Of a stretch of DNA of 46,929 nucleotides, positions 8,450 to 18,496 are shown piece by piece. Numbering within the stretch: the first letter of the stretch is position 1; the number at the start of each line of letters is the position of its first letter. This DNA is from a virus. Its lineage: Duplodnaviria > Heunggongvirae > Uroviricota > Caudoviricetes. Below the pieces are notes generated by a model. It searched no databases. It was not told the origin of the DNA and saw nothing but the letters and a program-made list of their open reading frames with translations. The translations under genes and the position numbers were made by a program. The stretch covers positions 1 through 46,929 of the IMG/VR virus record IMGVR_UViG_2703718815_000012. The stretch is one strand, 5' to 3'.

Positions 8450-11400
8450 TCAATTTTGACCACGTGGAGTTCTTTTGGCATTGAAATTACTTGTTATGCC
8501 CTGAGAAATTGGACCACCATTATTTAGATCAGCAATGATGGCATCCACGGTTATTGTACCATCTCCACTACTCGTAGCCTGAGCATCAAATGTGGCTCCC
8601 GTCATATTCTGAACGTTGATTATGACGTTCACACCTCCGCCAGCATTCATCTCCTTATTGCTGATAACCTTGCCATTGTCGCCCGGTATCATGTACTGCT
8701 TACCGGTACTGGCCTGGTAAATCTCAGGTTTCCCTCGCTCACCGACCTGATAAAGACCTCCTGCATTCACCGGGCCGCCATTGTAACGCATACCGGTTAA
8801 AGCAAGGCCCTGTGCCAGGCCTATCGTTGAAGCAATTCCTGTCATGGCAGGAACTGAGTTACCACCAAAAGAAGCAAGGCTAGCAAAGGCTGCTGCCGGA
8901 GCCCATGCTTTAGCCAGAAATACAGCCTCCGTCGCACTGGCAGCAGTAGCCGCTGCGCCCAATGTCTGCCCTATAATGAAGTTTTTGAGGGCCTCAACAC
9001 CAACCTGGACTAGCGCATTGACCACGCTGTTCAGCATCGTATTCCCGAGTGAACGCATAGCATCCTGCGCTGACATCGTTCCGGTGATCAGCCCGGTTAA
9101 CGCATTGGATGCATTACCTGAAAACGCATCCACCGCGCTTGTCAGCATTTCATAACCAAGACCTTTCTGACTGAGCAATTGCCACTGAGCGGCTGTCATC
9201 TGCTCATTGAACTGGTTTTCCTGCGCAGTCTTTAAGGCAAGGTACTGGGCATCGGTAGCTGCCTTTGCAGCAACGAACTGATCGTAATTTATTTTCCCTT
9301 TTTGGTAACTTTGCTGGAGTATCGCCTGTTCCTGCTGCTGATATTGCTGCAGCAGGGCTAACTTCTGGTTATTTTCATTCACCAGTTGCTGTACCGGGTC
9401 AACTTCTGCTCGGGCAGAAGCTACCGGATTGACTGCGGCCTGGGCGTTAATCTTGGCGAGGTTATTCTGGTGCTCGAGCGCCATTTTCTCCGTGGCAGCG
9501 TTATACTCCTTGAGATCTATTTTCCCAGCGTTCAGTGCGGCCTTCAGATTTTGCATGGATTCGGCGTAGGATTTATTCTCCGCCTGCAAAGGCATTGCCT
9601 TAAGTGCTTCCGTAACCCCTTTGGCTGCCGCTGATGCATCCCATGCTTTTGCTGCATATTCACCGGCCTTTTTAATTTGCTCCTGGGTTGCAGAATTACC
9701 CAGTGACTGCTGAGCACGTAATATGGCCTGCTCTCTGCTTAGCTCCTCCGTTGAATCAGCTGCCAATTCTGACTGCTGCTTCAGATTCGCCAGCTTCTGA
9801 GCAACAGATTCAGCAGAAGACGCTGATTTCTTCCCCTGCCGCTCACTCTCTTGTTGAGATTTTTTTCTGGCTTCTTCTGACTTCTCTAAATCATAATTTT
9901 CAGCAGCCAGCCTGCCAGCTGCAGAGATTTGATTCTGATTGTCAGTGACCTTGGCAGCCTGCATCCTGGCTTTGGCTATCGCCCGCTCTCTCTCGTCCTG
10001 AATTTTAAGTAATTCATTCTGCTCTTCCAGAGTAGCGATAACTTTATCGCCCTCCTTGGTCGCGGGAGATATCTGCAGCGCTTTGTGGTCGAAGCTTTTT
10101 CCGGCCTGATTGGCTCGGTTTATTTCATCAGCCGTCTCCCCAAAGGCTTTCGCTACCGCACCCTGAACTTGCTCAAGAGACCAGGATTTTTCGATGAGTT
10201 GATCATGAACGCCCATCGCCGTAAGCATGTTGTTCGTGAGTGTGCGAGTCGCCTCAGACGCGGTTTCTTCTGTCCGGGATAATTTATCCTTTGCGGCCTC
10301 AAGATCTCGCGTCTTGCGAGCCAGTTCATCAGACACCTCCGCCTGTTGACGGGCGAAATCCGCACCTTGCCCCATAGATTCAGCAACTTCCTGCGCTGCC
10401 GGGGTAAAGTTCTGATATCTGTCTCTCAGCGAGTCAACTTCACTCTGCAGATCTGCTACATCCTCTTTCTGAGCTCGAATAGAATTATTGGCATCTGCAA
10501 TAGCCCCACGCAGCTGCGTGTTCGACATTGCATTCATGGCGGCGTTGAGCTTATCCAGACCATCGGCGAAGGCGATAGCCTCCTCTTTTGCCTGTTGAGC
10601 TTTCTGCCAGAAATAGAAGATCGCTCCGGCAGCAAGCATAGCCGCACCAGCTGGACCCCCTATAAGAGCAAGTGCACCACGGGCCATTCCGATACCAATT
10701 GACGCTGCACGAGCAGCGGTCGCTGCGCGGGCAGATGCTGCAGCCTGGGCAGTTTCAGCCTCGGCAAGAGCAAGAGATGCGGTAGTAGCACGAGTTTTTG
10801 CGGCCACAAGAGCATCCATTGCCAGCATCTCTGCAGCGCTACCTTTTGCCACGTTATATTCAGCCTGGGCCAGCGCGAGAGACGAAAGAGCAGCCTCTTT
10901 ATCAGCCAGAGCCTTACGCTGAGCAGAATTAGCAGCAACCAAAGCTGCTTGTGCCGCCTGACTCTCTGCAACAGCCTGCTGACGGGATGCTGCGATATCA
11001 GCGATTTTCGCTGAGGTAGCCATGGTCAGCGCACCGACATACCGCGCACCCATTACGCCGGCAACAATCGTGAGCGTAGTGCTGAGAACGTCCAGGTTTT
11101 CACTGAGAGAAATGACTGAATCACTGAATATTTTGACGCCAGTTTTTACAGTGGCATTCTCGCCAAAGAACTTCGTGATGTTGTTGTTGGCAATTTCAAG
11201 AGACTGGCTGATCGTGGCAGTAGTTTTAGCGAACTCCTGTCCAATTTTATCGCCCTGAGAAAGCAACCCATTCACGATCACATCAGTGGTTAACTTGCCC
11301 TCTGCAGCCATGTTTCTGAGCGCCCCAATGCTGACATTCATCGAGTCAGCAAGAGCAATCATGAGCCGGTTACCCTGCTCGTTCACAGAGTTAAATTCAT

Positions 11401-11965
11401 CACCTCTTAAAGCTCCGGACGCCAGCCCCTGAGCAAGCTGAATGATTGCGTTGCTTGCCTCCTCGGCTGTTGACCCTGAGACCACGAAGCCCTGGTTAAT
11501 AATGGTTGTCAACCTGGTAATGTCCTCAACACTGACACCATAACTCCGTGTTGATCGCTCGAGACGTGCATAGAGAGTGGCCGTGGCATCGAGACCTGAA
11601 CGAGTCTTTTGAGAGATGTCAAAAACACGCTCTGTGACATCAGCCAGGGTCTCAAAAGGCGGTACGGAATCCCTGACGGCGTTTGCCAGTTTATTACTCA
11701 GGTCCTGCCATGCCTGGGCGTATGCGCCGACCTGCTGGACAGAAAGAGCGGCAATGAGCGCTTTCGCGACGCCAGTTAAGCTGGACATAGTGCCTTCAAT
11801 CGAAGACAGGGATCGTTCAGTGCGGTTTAACCCCGCCTCAAGACGACCCATGCTACCGTTAAGACCATTTAACGCGGCATCGATATCCCGGCGTCCCTGA
11901 AGGATCCCGGCGGTGTCCATGTCAACTTCATAAACAATCGTTCCAGCGCTGACAGTACCAGCCAT
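8450..11965 (-). CDS. tail tape measure protein
   Basis: 1171-aa Ala/Gln/Glu-rich largely helical ORF in the canonical position between chaperone and tail-tip genes. Confidence 0.85.
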   Translation of the reverse strand: MAGTVSAGTIVYEVDMDTAGILQGRRDIDAALNGLNGSMGRLEAGLNRTERSLSSIEGTMSSLTGVAKALIAALSVQQVGAYAQAWQDLSNKLANAVRDSVPPFETLADVTERVFDISQKTRSGLDATATLYARLERSTRSYGVSVEDITRLTTIINQGFVVSGSTAEEASNAIIQLAQGLASGALRGDEFNSVNEQGNRLMIALADSMNVSIGALRNMAAEGKLTTDVIVNGLLSQGDKIGQEFAKTTATISQSLEIANNNITKFFGENATVKTGVKIFSDSVISLSENLDVLSTTLTIVAGVMGARYVGALTMATSAKIADIAASRQQAVAESQAAQAALVAANSAQRKALADKEAALSSLALAQAEYNVAKGSAAEMLAMDALVAAKTRATTASLALAEAETAQAAASARAATAARAASIGIGMARGALALIGGPAGAAMLAAGAIFYFWQKAQQAKEEAIAFADGLDKLNAAMNAMSNTQLRGAIADANNSIRAQKEDVADLQSEVDSLRDRYQNFTPAAQEVAESMGQGADFARQQAEVSDELARKTRDLEAAKDKLSRTEETASEATRTLTNNMLTAMGVHDQLIEKSWSLEQVQGAVAKAFGETADEINRANQAGKSFDHKALQISPATKEGDKVIATLEEQNELLKIQDERERAIAKARMQAAKVTDNQNQISAAGRLAAENYDLEKSEEARKKSQQESERQGKKSASSAESVAQKLANLKQQSELAADSTEELSREQAILRAQQSLGNSATQEQIKKAGEYAAKAWDASAAAKGVTEALKAMPLQAENKSYAESMQNLKAALNAGKIDLKEYNAATEKMALEHQNNLAKINAQAAVNPVASARAEVDPVQQLVNENNQKLALLQQYQQQEQAILQQSYQKGKINYDQFVAAKAATDAQYLALKTAQENQFNEQMTAAQWQLLSQKGLGYEMLTSAVDAFSGNASNALTGLITGTMSAQDAMRSLGNTMLNSVVNALVQVGVEALKNFIIGQTLGAAATAASATEAVFLAKAWAPAAAFASLASFGGNSVPAMTGIASTIGLAQGLALTGMRYNGGPVNAGGLYQVGERGKPEIYQASTGKQYMIPGDNGKVISNKEMNAGGGVNVIINVQNMTGATFDAQATSSGDGTITVDAIIADLNNGGPISQGITSNFNAKRTPRGQN

Positions 11966-11981
11966 AATCTAATCTCCGGGC

Positions 11982-12013
11982 AATAAAAAACCCCGCCGTA
12001 GAGGGGTTGTTTT
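11982..12013 (-). terminator. terminator-like hairpin upstream of tape measure gene
   Basis: minus strand cccctctacggcgggg followed by TTTTTTATT, between the stop at 12027 and the start at 11965. Confidence 0.4.
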
Positions 12014-12026
12014 GGTGTGTTCTTTT

Positions 12027-12704
12027 TTACTTGGCCCGTTCCGCCAGGGCTAATCGCTTCGCTTTCTTCGCCATGTAATCATCGGCGATCGCATCGTACT
12101 CATCGCGAGTGAAGCCTTTCTGCTCTGGGTATTTTGCCGACAGAAGCATCTGAAATTCGGTCATCGTTAATTGAGAGGCTTCTTCGCGGATCATGCCAAA
12201 ATGAGTACGCGCCGCGCTGATGTAGTCGAAGGCTTTAAATTCGTTTGTTCTCGCACCTGTTTCGTGGCGCTGCAGCTGGCGGACCTTAGCTTTGCCGACG
12301 ACACCATGCTGCATAAGGTGCTGCGCCAGCACGATGATGTCGTTCTTCGGCATCTGTCCCGGTCGGTATACGACGCAATGCCGCCATCCCTTCCATTCGC
12401 CGATCATAGGCGTCAGGTCTTCCTCGCAGCACGCCTGAAGCACCAACATGCACGTTGATAAAAGCTTCTCAGCAGCGCGGTTGAATGATGGAGATAGCCA
12501 TTCAGGAAATCCTCCCAGCGTGCCAGCGCAAACCTCAATTAGCTGAGCGACATCATTGCCGTGTATGGTGGCGTACGCCTGCACAATCTCTTCCGGAGTG
12601 CCGATCCTCGTCATAGCCTCGAATGAAGGCCGTAGCAGGTAATCTTTCCCGCCTTCGCGGCTGTCGCTGATGGAGAGTTCGCCAATATCGGTTAAAGCGG
12701 TCAT
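12027..12704 (-). CDS. putative tail assembly chaperone
   Basis: 225-aa ORF in the position of G/GT-type chaperones immediately upstream of tape measure; synteny only. Confidence 0.35.
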   Translation of the reverse strand: MTALTDIGELSISDSREGGKDYLLRPSFEAMTRIGTPEEIVQAYATIHGNDVAQLIEVCAGTLGGFPEWLSPSFNRAAEKLLSTCMLVLQACCEEDLTPMIGEWKGWRHCVVYRPGQMPKNDIIVLAQHLMQHGVVGKAKVRQLQRHETGARTNEFKAFDYISAARTHFGMIREEASQLTMTEFQMLLSAKYPEQKGFTRDEYDAIADDYMAKKAKRLALAERAK

Positions 12705-12761
12705 AAGCCTTCCAGTAAACGGTCATTATCAAGGGCAGCACGCCGCCCTTTGTAATGTCCG

Positions 12762-13505
12762 TTAGGAAACGGTAACCGTATGCACGGCCACAAAATTGCC
12801 GTCTACAGTGTTGATGATGATCTGCGCGCTGCCGGTGGCGACACGCGTCACGGTAACGGTGTTGCCGGATGCGGTAGCCGTTGCCTTTGTCGCATCGGTA
12901 GTCGCTACAGTGAAGTCTTTGTTGGTTGCGCCTGTTGGTGCGATATTCACCGTGAAGGTACTGGTGCCGCCTGCAGCGCCAGTGCTGGTTGTCGGCGTTA
13001 CCGTCACGCCAGTCACGGCAACCGCAGTGATTTCGTTCACTTCGATGGTGCTTGCGTCGCCGACTTTGAACTCGGTTGAGAACGTGACAATGTCGTTGGT
13101 ACCACCGTCTGAACTCAGAGCCGTAATGTTCATGTAGCCGATGAATTCTACCGGACCGTAGTCCATGCGCACCCAGATACCAGGCTGGCGCTTAGCCTTC
13201 AGCTCATCAGCGAAATACTTGATGAACTTGCCAACACCGTACTGGTCCAGTTTGTCCTTCTTGCGCACTTCACCTTCAAAGCTCAGAGTGAAGTCACTGT
13301 TGGTGATGATGGTCTCGACATAGCCGCCGCCGTCATCCGCATCAGAGGTAACCGAGTTCGGGTTGAAGTCGAAGCCTTTCGACGTACCAGCAGCCAGCGC
13401 CTTCCACTCAGATTCAAGTGGCTTGACGTCCGGGCAGCCATCGGCGACTTCCAGCACGACCGCACCGCCGAACAGGCGCTCGTTCGAGTTCTGGCAATTA
13501 GCCAT
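12762..13505 (-). CDS. major tail protein with C-terminal Ig-like (Big_2-type) domain
   Basis: 247-aa ORF with strong SD (AAAGAGGAG); C-terminal Thr/Val-rich segment (VTGVTVTPTT...TVTVTRVATG) typical of Ig-like extensions on siphovirus tail tube proteins. Confidence 0.7.
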   Translation of the reverse strand: MANCQNSNERLFGGAVVLEVADGCPDVKPLESEWKALAAGTSKGFDFNPNSVTSDADDGGGYVETIITNSDFTLSFEGEVRKKDKLDQYGVGKFIKYFADELKAKRQPGIWVRMDYGPVEFIGYMNITALSSDGGTNDIVTFSTEFKVGDASTIEVNEITAVAVTGVTVTPTTSTGAAGGTSTFTVNIAPTGATNKDFTVATTDATKATATASGNTVTVTRVATGSAQIIINTVDGNFVAVHTVTVS

Positions 13506-13527
13506 GTGAAACTCCTCTTTGACGTAT

Positions 13528-13552
13528 AAAAGAAAACCCGCCGGAGCGGGTT
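13528..13552 (-). terminator. hairpin (terminator-like or RNA processing element) just upstream of major tail gene RBS
   Basis: minus strand cccgc-tccg-gcggg followed by TTTTCTTTTATAC, then the SD. Confidence 0.35.
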
Positions 13553-13567
13553 ATTTGGTTGGGATGG

Positions 13568-13951
13568 CTATTCGCCGTAAGTGCAGGCGAACTGGAGTCG
13601 GAAGACTATTCGCCCTTCTTCTGTGAGCACCGGCGCGGGAATTGCGCCCATGTTCTGGATGTAGCCGACACACTCGTCAGCCATGGGGTTGGCCTGGACG
13701 TAATCGACGATGCGCTGTACGGCATTGAGTGCGTCTTTGCGCTTATCTTTTGCGCCTACTACGTCGACCAGGACGTGATACTCAGAGCCGAGGTCTGTAC
13801 GGATATTCGAGCCGCCGTTTGGCCTGAACACCATGATCGCCTTCGACATGTCACCTGGGTCATCAAACATCAGCTGTTGCACCGTGAAACCGGTCGTTAG
13901 ACCGGCGTCGCCGAACATATTTCGCACCCGTTCGTGCATCATGGGTGTCAT
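13568..13951 (-). CDS. tail completion / tail terminator protein (putative)
   Basis: 127-aa ORF between head-tail joining genes and major tail gene; ATGA overlap with upstream gene. Confidence 0.4.
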   Translation of the reverse strand: MTPMMHERVRNMFGDAGLTTGFTVQQLMFDDPGDMSKAIMVFRPNGGSNIRTDLGSEYHVLVDVVGAKDKRKDALNAVQRIVDYVQANPMADECVGYIQNMGAIPAPVLTEEGRIVFRLQFACTYGE

Positions 13952-14316
13952 AGTGAAAGCTCCTTACGCACAACATCATCGATGGCAGATCGCTCCTCTT
14001 CAAACCCAAGAGTGAGGAATTCCTTTTTAGCAGTTGAGCGACGGAACCTCTGCGGGTTGGCCGGGTCATGAACATAAACGGCATAGTTGGTCGAGTAACC
14101 TACCCTGCCTGTAATTACCGCTCCGTCAGTTACGATTTCGCGAAACTGGCTATTTAAAAGTGCTGAGGTATCGATCGGCGTGTAAAGTGCCGCTCTAGCA
14201 GCCCCAAGAATCATCGCCGACTGGAGTGCGCGAATGACTTTTCTACCCTGAATATCATTCAGAATTCGGTCAATATTGCGCTCAACACGTGCAGTGCCAC
14301 GCACTTTGATGCCCAT
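13948..14316 (-). CDS. head-tail joining protein (HK97 gp10-like, putative)
   Basis: 122-aa ORF in head-tail connector cluster. Confidence 0.45.
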   Translation of the reverse strand: MGIKVRGTARVERNIDRILNDIQGRKVIRALQSAMILGAARAALYTPIDTSALLNSQFREIVTDGAVITGRVGYSTNYAVYVHDPANPQRFRRSTAKKEFLTLGFEEERSAIDDVVRKELSL

Positions 14317-14318
14317 GG

Positions 14319-14675
14319 CTACACTCCCGTAATTATCGCCCAGTCATCTTCCAGACCGTCGAGAGTGTCGTTCCAGAGCGTCACGTGGCGAACCTCATCG
14401 GCACCTGCCACGACCGGGTCTGTTTCTGTGCTGACGCCAATCAGGATGTAATCGCCCTCATCGGCCAGTGCGTAAGCCGTGAAAAAGGTGTTTTTGACCA
14501 CAACCTCTTTACCGATTGACCCGAGCTTTGCAGACAGGCCGCCGATGTAGTCACACATGATGGTTTCAGGTGGTTCGTATGGGTCGACAGGATCGCCCCA
14601 CTCGTCATTACCGCCCGCTCCCTTACGCCATATCGTGCACGGCTTGTTGTATGACCATGAAGCAGTAGACGACAT
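14319..14675 (-). CDS. head closure / head-tail adaptor protein (putative)
   Basis: 118-aa product from ATG 14675 (MSSTASW...), coupled by ATGA to an upstream small ORF; the 159-aa reading from 14798 adds a low-complexity Arg/Gly N-terminus. Confidence 0.4.
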   Translation of the reverse strand: MSSTASWSYNKPCTIWRKGAGGNDEWGDPVDPYEPPETIMCDYIGGLSAKLGSIGKEVVVKNTFFTAYALADEGDYILIGVSTETDPVVAGADEVRHVTLWNDTLDGLEDDWAIITGV

Positions 14676-14848
14676 CAACCCTCCTTCCAGCGCAGCACCT
14701 TCGCGCCAGTCGCCCGGATGCGCGGGCAGTTGATGTGCCACTCCCCGTCCGATTTCACGTAACCGGTAGTCTCCCGCCCGGTGTCGGTCATCACCCATAC
14801 GCGAGTGAAGGAACGGGGCAACCCGTGCTTAACTGATTTGTACGTCAT
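14675..14848 (-). CDS. small head-tail region protein (57 aa, below ORF-track cutoff)
   Basis: ORF MTYKSVKHGLPRSF... whose ATG overlaps the stop of 14848..15249 and whose TGA overlaps the next ATG. Confidence 0.35.
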   Translation of the reverse strand: MTYKSVKHGLPRSFTRVWVMTDTGRETTGYVKSDGEWHINCPRIRATGAKVLRWKEG

Positions 14849-15249
14849 CACTTATCCCCGCACATGCAGCCGCCCTTACCGATCCAGATACCAGCGAATG
14901 CCGGGGTGGCGGTAGGGTCGGCAGGAATAAGGGAGGTTGCACAACCGTACTTATCCAGCCCCCGCAACAGGTTCACTGATGCTTTCCAGCGGTCGGTGAA
15001 CGACTGGTACCGGAAAGAGCGGGACGCCCCGCTTGGAGCCGTCTGGCTGGAGATGTATTTGTCCCCCTGCCCGAGCCCCATAAGCGCCAGCAGATAGAGC
15101 TGAATCAACAGCGAGGTCGATGCCGGATAATGCGCATCGAGACACTCCTGAATGCTGTTGGCCTGGTCGACGAGAGCCTGAAGAACAAAATCGGGAATGG
15201 TAATTCCCTGGCTCTCCAGATACTCCTTCGCCTGTTCGAGAGTTACCAT
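14848..15249 (-). CDS. head-tail connector / adaptor protein (putative)
   Basis: 133-aa ORF, first gene after the capsid-proximal terminator. Confidence 0.45.
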   Translation of the reverse strand: MVTLEQAKEYLESQGITIPDFVLQALVDQANSIQECLDAHYPASTSLLIQLYLLALMGLGQGDKYISSQTAPSGASRSFRYQSFTDRWKASVNLLRGLDKYGCATSLIPADPTATPAFAGIWIGKGGCMCGDK

Positions 15250-15267
15250 TATCGACTCCGTGAAATA

Positions 15268-15308
15268 CCCCGCCGGAGCGGGGCATAAAAAAACCGCCTT
15301 AGCGGCGG
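15268..15308 (-). terminator. tandem hairpins with U-tract after capsid-associated gene
   Basis: minus strand ccgccgctaaggcgg followed by TTTTTTT, then second hairpin ccccgctccggcgggg. Confidence 0.5.
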
Positions 15309-15311
15309 CTG

Positions 15312-15605
15312 TTATTCAGCAGGGAAAAGCTTTTCGAGCTCACCGTCAGGCAACAGCTCACTGAGCTTTTCTTCGCCCAGATTGCCTTTGAACTCGATGC
15401 CCAGCTCAGTCAAACGAGCCTGGATAGCCTCTTTGCGTGATTTCTCACCGGTACCGGCATCAGGTGTTGCAGGTTTCAGCTCGCCACCAGCCTCGCCTTT
15501 CATCAGCCGGACGTTAGACTTCAGCGCCGGGTGAAGCTCTTTCAACTCCACCACGTCGCCAATCTTCACGCCGAACCATGGGCGCACAACTTCGTATTTA
15601 GCCAT
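15312..15605 (-). CDS. hypothetical protein (capsid module, 97 aa)
   Basis: ORF immediately downstream of major capsid gene, followed by a terminator. Confidence 0.45.
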   Translation of the reverse strand: MAKYEVVRPWFGVKIGDVVELKELHPALKSNVRLMKGEAGGELKPATPDAGTGEKSRKEAIQARLTELGIEFKGNLGEEKLSELLPDGELEKLFPAE

Positions 15606-15614
15606 GCTGTTTCC

Positions 15615-16691
15615 TTACGCCAGGTTAGCGCCGTAGACAACGCCAGACAGGCCCTGATCGTCTGCGGTTATTTGCAGACCTTCAGCAGACATAATCTGGA
15701 AGTTGTAGTTAACGTTAGGCAGTGGGCGCGGCAGCGGAACAACGCCGACAGCCATACCAACCAGTGGGGAGATCACGTCACGACGACGAACGTACGCGAT
15801 AAACTCGTTACCACTCAGTGCGAAGCTCATGCGGATTTCTTTCACCGGCGCGAAAGGCAGAACAGCCTGCAACACAGTGCCGCTTACGACGCCATTCACC
15901 ACGTACGGCTGCGCCAGGTTTGCCCAGATTTCCGGGGAAACCCACATCACATCGTAGGCGGCGACTTTGTTCGTGCGTGCGGTGGTGCCGAATGCGCCTT
16001 TACCGAAGAATGCAAAGATCGCGGTCATGTCAGCGGTTGTCAGGTCGATGTTCGCACCACCAGCACCAGAACCGAGGTTAATCTTCTTGGTGTTGCGGTG
16101 GTTCTTGATGCCCTGCGCCGGGTAGGACTGAACCTGAATTTTTGAATCGCCGTTCAGGTAGTAGTTAACGCGCTTCTGGTTGAACTTGCGCATCTTCGCC
16201 ATCTGCGAGTCCAGCACCAAGTCAATGCCAACAGAGTTCAGACCAGCAGCATGACGCCAGTTAACACCGTAACCAGCAGTGAACACCGGAATCGGGTCAC
16301 CGTCGCTCGCGTAGTCGGTGTGATCGAAGGAGAACGGCGCCTGACCATCGATGCTTACTGACACGTCGTCAGCGATGTCGCCAACGACGTTATACAGCTT
16401 GGCGGTTTTACCGACCGGCAGCACGGTCTGAACGCCGATCAGGTCGTTCACGATTTCCATGCCAACTTCCTGATCGCGCAGTTGCAGCACCTGATTGTCA
16501 ATCTCAGCCCAGAAGTCACGGGAGAAACCGCCAACGGCGTTACATGCCAGCATGTCAGGCGTCATGATTGCGCGGTTAGCCGCGATGATGGAATCGTTCT
16601 GAAGGTTCCACATGTTGCGGTTTGCCCACAGTTCGCTCCAGTGCCCGCCGAGGCGGGAGTTAGTCGCCAGCGTCTCTTTAGAGAAGTACAT
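15615..16691 (-). CDS. major capsid protein
   Basis: 358-aa ORF downstream of scaffold gene; size and position typical of coat proteins. Confidence 0.75.
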   Translation of the reverse strand: MYFSKETLATNSRLGGHWSELWANRNMWNLQNDSIIAANRAIMTPDMLACNAVGGFSRDFWAEIDNQVLQLRDQEVGMEIVNDLIGVQTVLPVGKTAKLYNVVGDIADDVSVSIDGQAPFSFDHTDYASDGDPIPVFTAGYGVNWRHAAGLNSVGIDLVLDSQMAKMRKFNQKRVNYYLNGDSKIQVQSYPAQGIKNHRNTKKINLGSGAGGANIDLTTADMTAIFAFFGKGAFGTTARTNKVAAYDVMWVSPEIWANLAQPYVVNGVVSGTVLQAVLPFAPVKEIRMSFALSGNEFIAYVRRRDVISPLVGMAVGVVPLPRPLPNVNYNFQIMSAEGLQITADDQGLSGVVYGANLA

Positions 16692-16708
16692 ATGTGTTTG
16701 TCCTTTTG

Positions 16709-17158
16709 TTACGCGCCAGCTGCGGCGACAGTGCCAACGCGCATACGCACGCGAATGAAGTCAGTGGTGCTGGCCGCGATGGTGTATTCATCCTGGCTGT
16801 AGCCGATCACTGAATCAGTATCATCGGTTGCCAGGGTAAACTGACCGGCAGTACCCAGCTTGATCGGACTGTCTTTCTTATACGCACCAGGCAGGCAGCG
16901 CAGCGCCAGCTCACGACCTTCTTCGACGTAGTTGCCGACAGCAGAATCACCGGCAGGGATTGATTCAGTGATGGTCAGGCCCTGGTGGTAACCAACATCG
17001 ATGATGTACAGGCGACCGGTTAGCGCGGTGGCCTGAGCGAATTTATCGGATGAGTTGATAGTTGCCGCAGTACCGGGAAGCAGCGCGGCGGCCGTAGTGC
17101 GGGTTTCGGTCTTGTACAGAGACTGACCGTCGATATTAACGCGACGATAACGTGGCAT
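16709..17158 (-). CDS. putative head decoration / minor capsid protein
   Basis: 149-aa ORF between scaffold and major capsid genes; synteny only. Confidence 0.3.
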   Translation of the reverse strand: MPRYRRVNIDGQSLYKTETRTTAAALLPGTAATINSSDKFAQATALTGRLYIIDVGYHQGLTITESIPAGDSAVGNYVEEGRELALRCLPGAYKKDSPIKLGTAGQFTLATDDTDSVIGYSQDEYTIAASTTDFIRVRMRVGTVAAAGA

Positions 17159-17170
17159 TATTCCGGCTCC

Positions 17171-18493
17171 TTACTTGAAGTGTTCGTCTGCGGCTGGTGC
17201 GCCGGTTTCTTTGTGCTGCTGAGCATTGTTGGTGCCCAGCGGCGCAGCTTCGCCCAGCGACTTGAACATCGCGTCCAGAGCTTCGCCTGACAGAGCGTTC
17301 GCGACGATATCGCCATGGGCCTTCGCAACCGCTTCGCGCTTTGCTTTCTCTTCGGCACGGGAGTTCGCGGTCAGGGTTTCCGCGAGTTGCTTCTGATTGG
17401 CCTGCAGCGCATCAACCTTTTCCGCGAGAGGCTTAATAGCCGCTTCAGTATTGGTCGCAACAGCCTGGCCGATCATGCTGCCGATTTGTTCCAGTTCTTC
17501 TTTGGTTAAAGGCATGTCGCCCTCCGTTTTGTGGTTTGGTGCAGGCTGTTCCTGCGGTGTGAATAGAGCTTTGAATTTGTTAGCGACGACTGCCACCCAC
17601 GACTCCTGGCGCGCTACTGCGGTGCCGGTATCGTCGATAGCGATCTTCCCGCCATCAGCGGAATAGCCGTAAACCTGCGCATCGCCGCCATTTCGCACGA
17701 TAACTACCTGCGAATCAGTGAAGTCAGCAACCCAGGCATATTCATCCGCGCCCGCCGCAAACTTCGCTTTGGCTGCGCGATCAAGACGCTGTTCGCGCTC
17801 CCGGTAGGATTCACCCACCAGCGCGCCGGAGTTCGCTTTAAGCGGCTGCGCCAGATCGGCGTTTACCATCAGGCCAACGCCCTGCTCAGGGGTGGCGGCT
17901 CCGACTTCGTGCAGCAGGATCGCGTCGTGATCCATGCTGTAAATCTTCGCAACCCACTCAGCGCCAGTGGCCCGTTGCTGTTCGTTTGGTTCAAGCTGGT
18001 CGAGGAAAGCAGCGACGCTGGTGTGAATCGGCGGAACGTTTTCACCGCGCTCAATGGCAGCGACACGCTCAAGCAGTTCCCTGCCACCTTCCGACTCGCT
18101 GGCACGGGCCACATCAACCCACTTTTCGAGGTAGATACGATTACCGGACTTCTTAACGTTGCGGTTCCACGCGCCGATATGGCCTGCGTTAATCCCCTCA
18201 GGAGAGAAAGCAGACACGAACTGACCGTTAACCTGAGGGTGACCCAGCGGCGCCAGGGTACCTTCCAGCCCCTTATAGTGGGCGTCGATTTGCTCTTGCG
18301 TGTACAAGCCGCCATTCATGACGACGTTAGCTGGAAGTGTGTAGCTCGGCAGCACCAGGTGCTCACGCCCGTTGTATGTTTCGCGCCGGATAGACTGGCT
18401 GTTCACCTTTGTGGTGATGTTGACCTGAATATGCTCACCATGTTTCGGTGCCTGGATTGGACGCTGTGCTTCGTGGTTTACCTGGAATTTCAT
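17171..18493 (-). CDS. putative head scaffolding protein
   Basis: 440-aa ORF with Ala/Glu/Lys-rich helical C-terminal half, between head morphogenesis and capsid genes. Confidence 0.45.
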   Translation of the reverse strand: MKFQVNHEAQRPIQAPKHGEHIQVNITTKVNSQSIRRETYNGREHLVLPSYTLPANVVMNGGLYTQEQIDAHYKGLEGTLAPLGHPQVNGQFVSAFSPEGINAGHIGAWNRNVKKSGNRIYLEKWVDVARASESEGGRELLERVAAIERGENVPPIHTSVAAFLDQLEPNEQQRATGAEWVAKIYSMDHDAILLHEVGAATPEQGVGLMVNADLAQPLKANSGALVGESYREREQRLDRAAKAKFAAGADEYAWVADFTDSQVVIVRNGGDAQVYGYSADGGKIAIDDTGTAVARQESWVAVVANKFKALFTPQEQPAPNHKTEGDMPLTKEELEQIGSMIGQAVATNTEAAIKPLAEKVDALQANQKQLAETLTANSRAEEKAKREAVAKAHGDIVANALSGEALDAMFKSLGEAAPLGTNNAQQHKETGAPAADEHFK

Positions 18494-18496
18494 GAG

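Noticed and set aside
8844-11900. Multiple 80-120-aa ORFs on the plus strand inside the tape measure gene
   Set aside because: Shadow frames of a 3.5-kb Ala-rich gene; none has an RBS or a coupled neighbour
12553-12741. 62-aa ORF overlapping the 5' end of the putative tail chaperone as a possible frameshift partner
   Set aside because: It lies upstream of, not downstream of, the chaperone body and has no slippery heptamer that I could see; more likely a shadow ORF
14319-14798. 159-aa reading of the head-closure gene starting at 14798
   Set aside because: The N-terminal 41 residues are low-complexity Arg/Gly-rich and overlap a coupled 57-aa ORF in another frame; the internal ATG at 14675 with ATGA coupling is the better start
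15531-16145. 204-aa plus-strand ORF
   Set aside because: Antisense to the major capsid gene; no RBS; composition typical of a shadow frame
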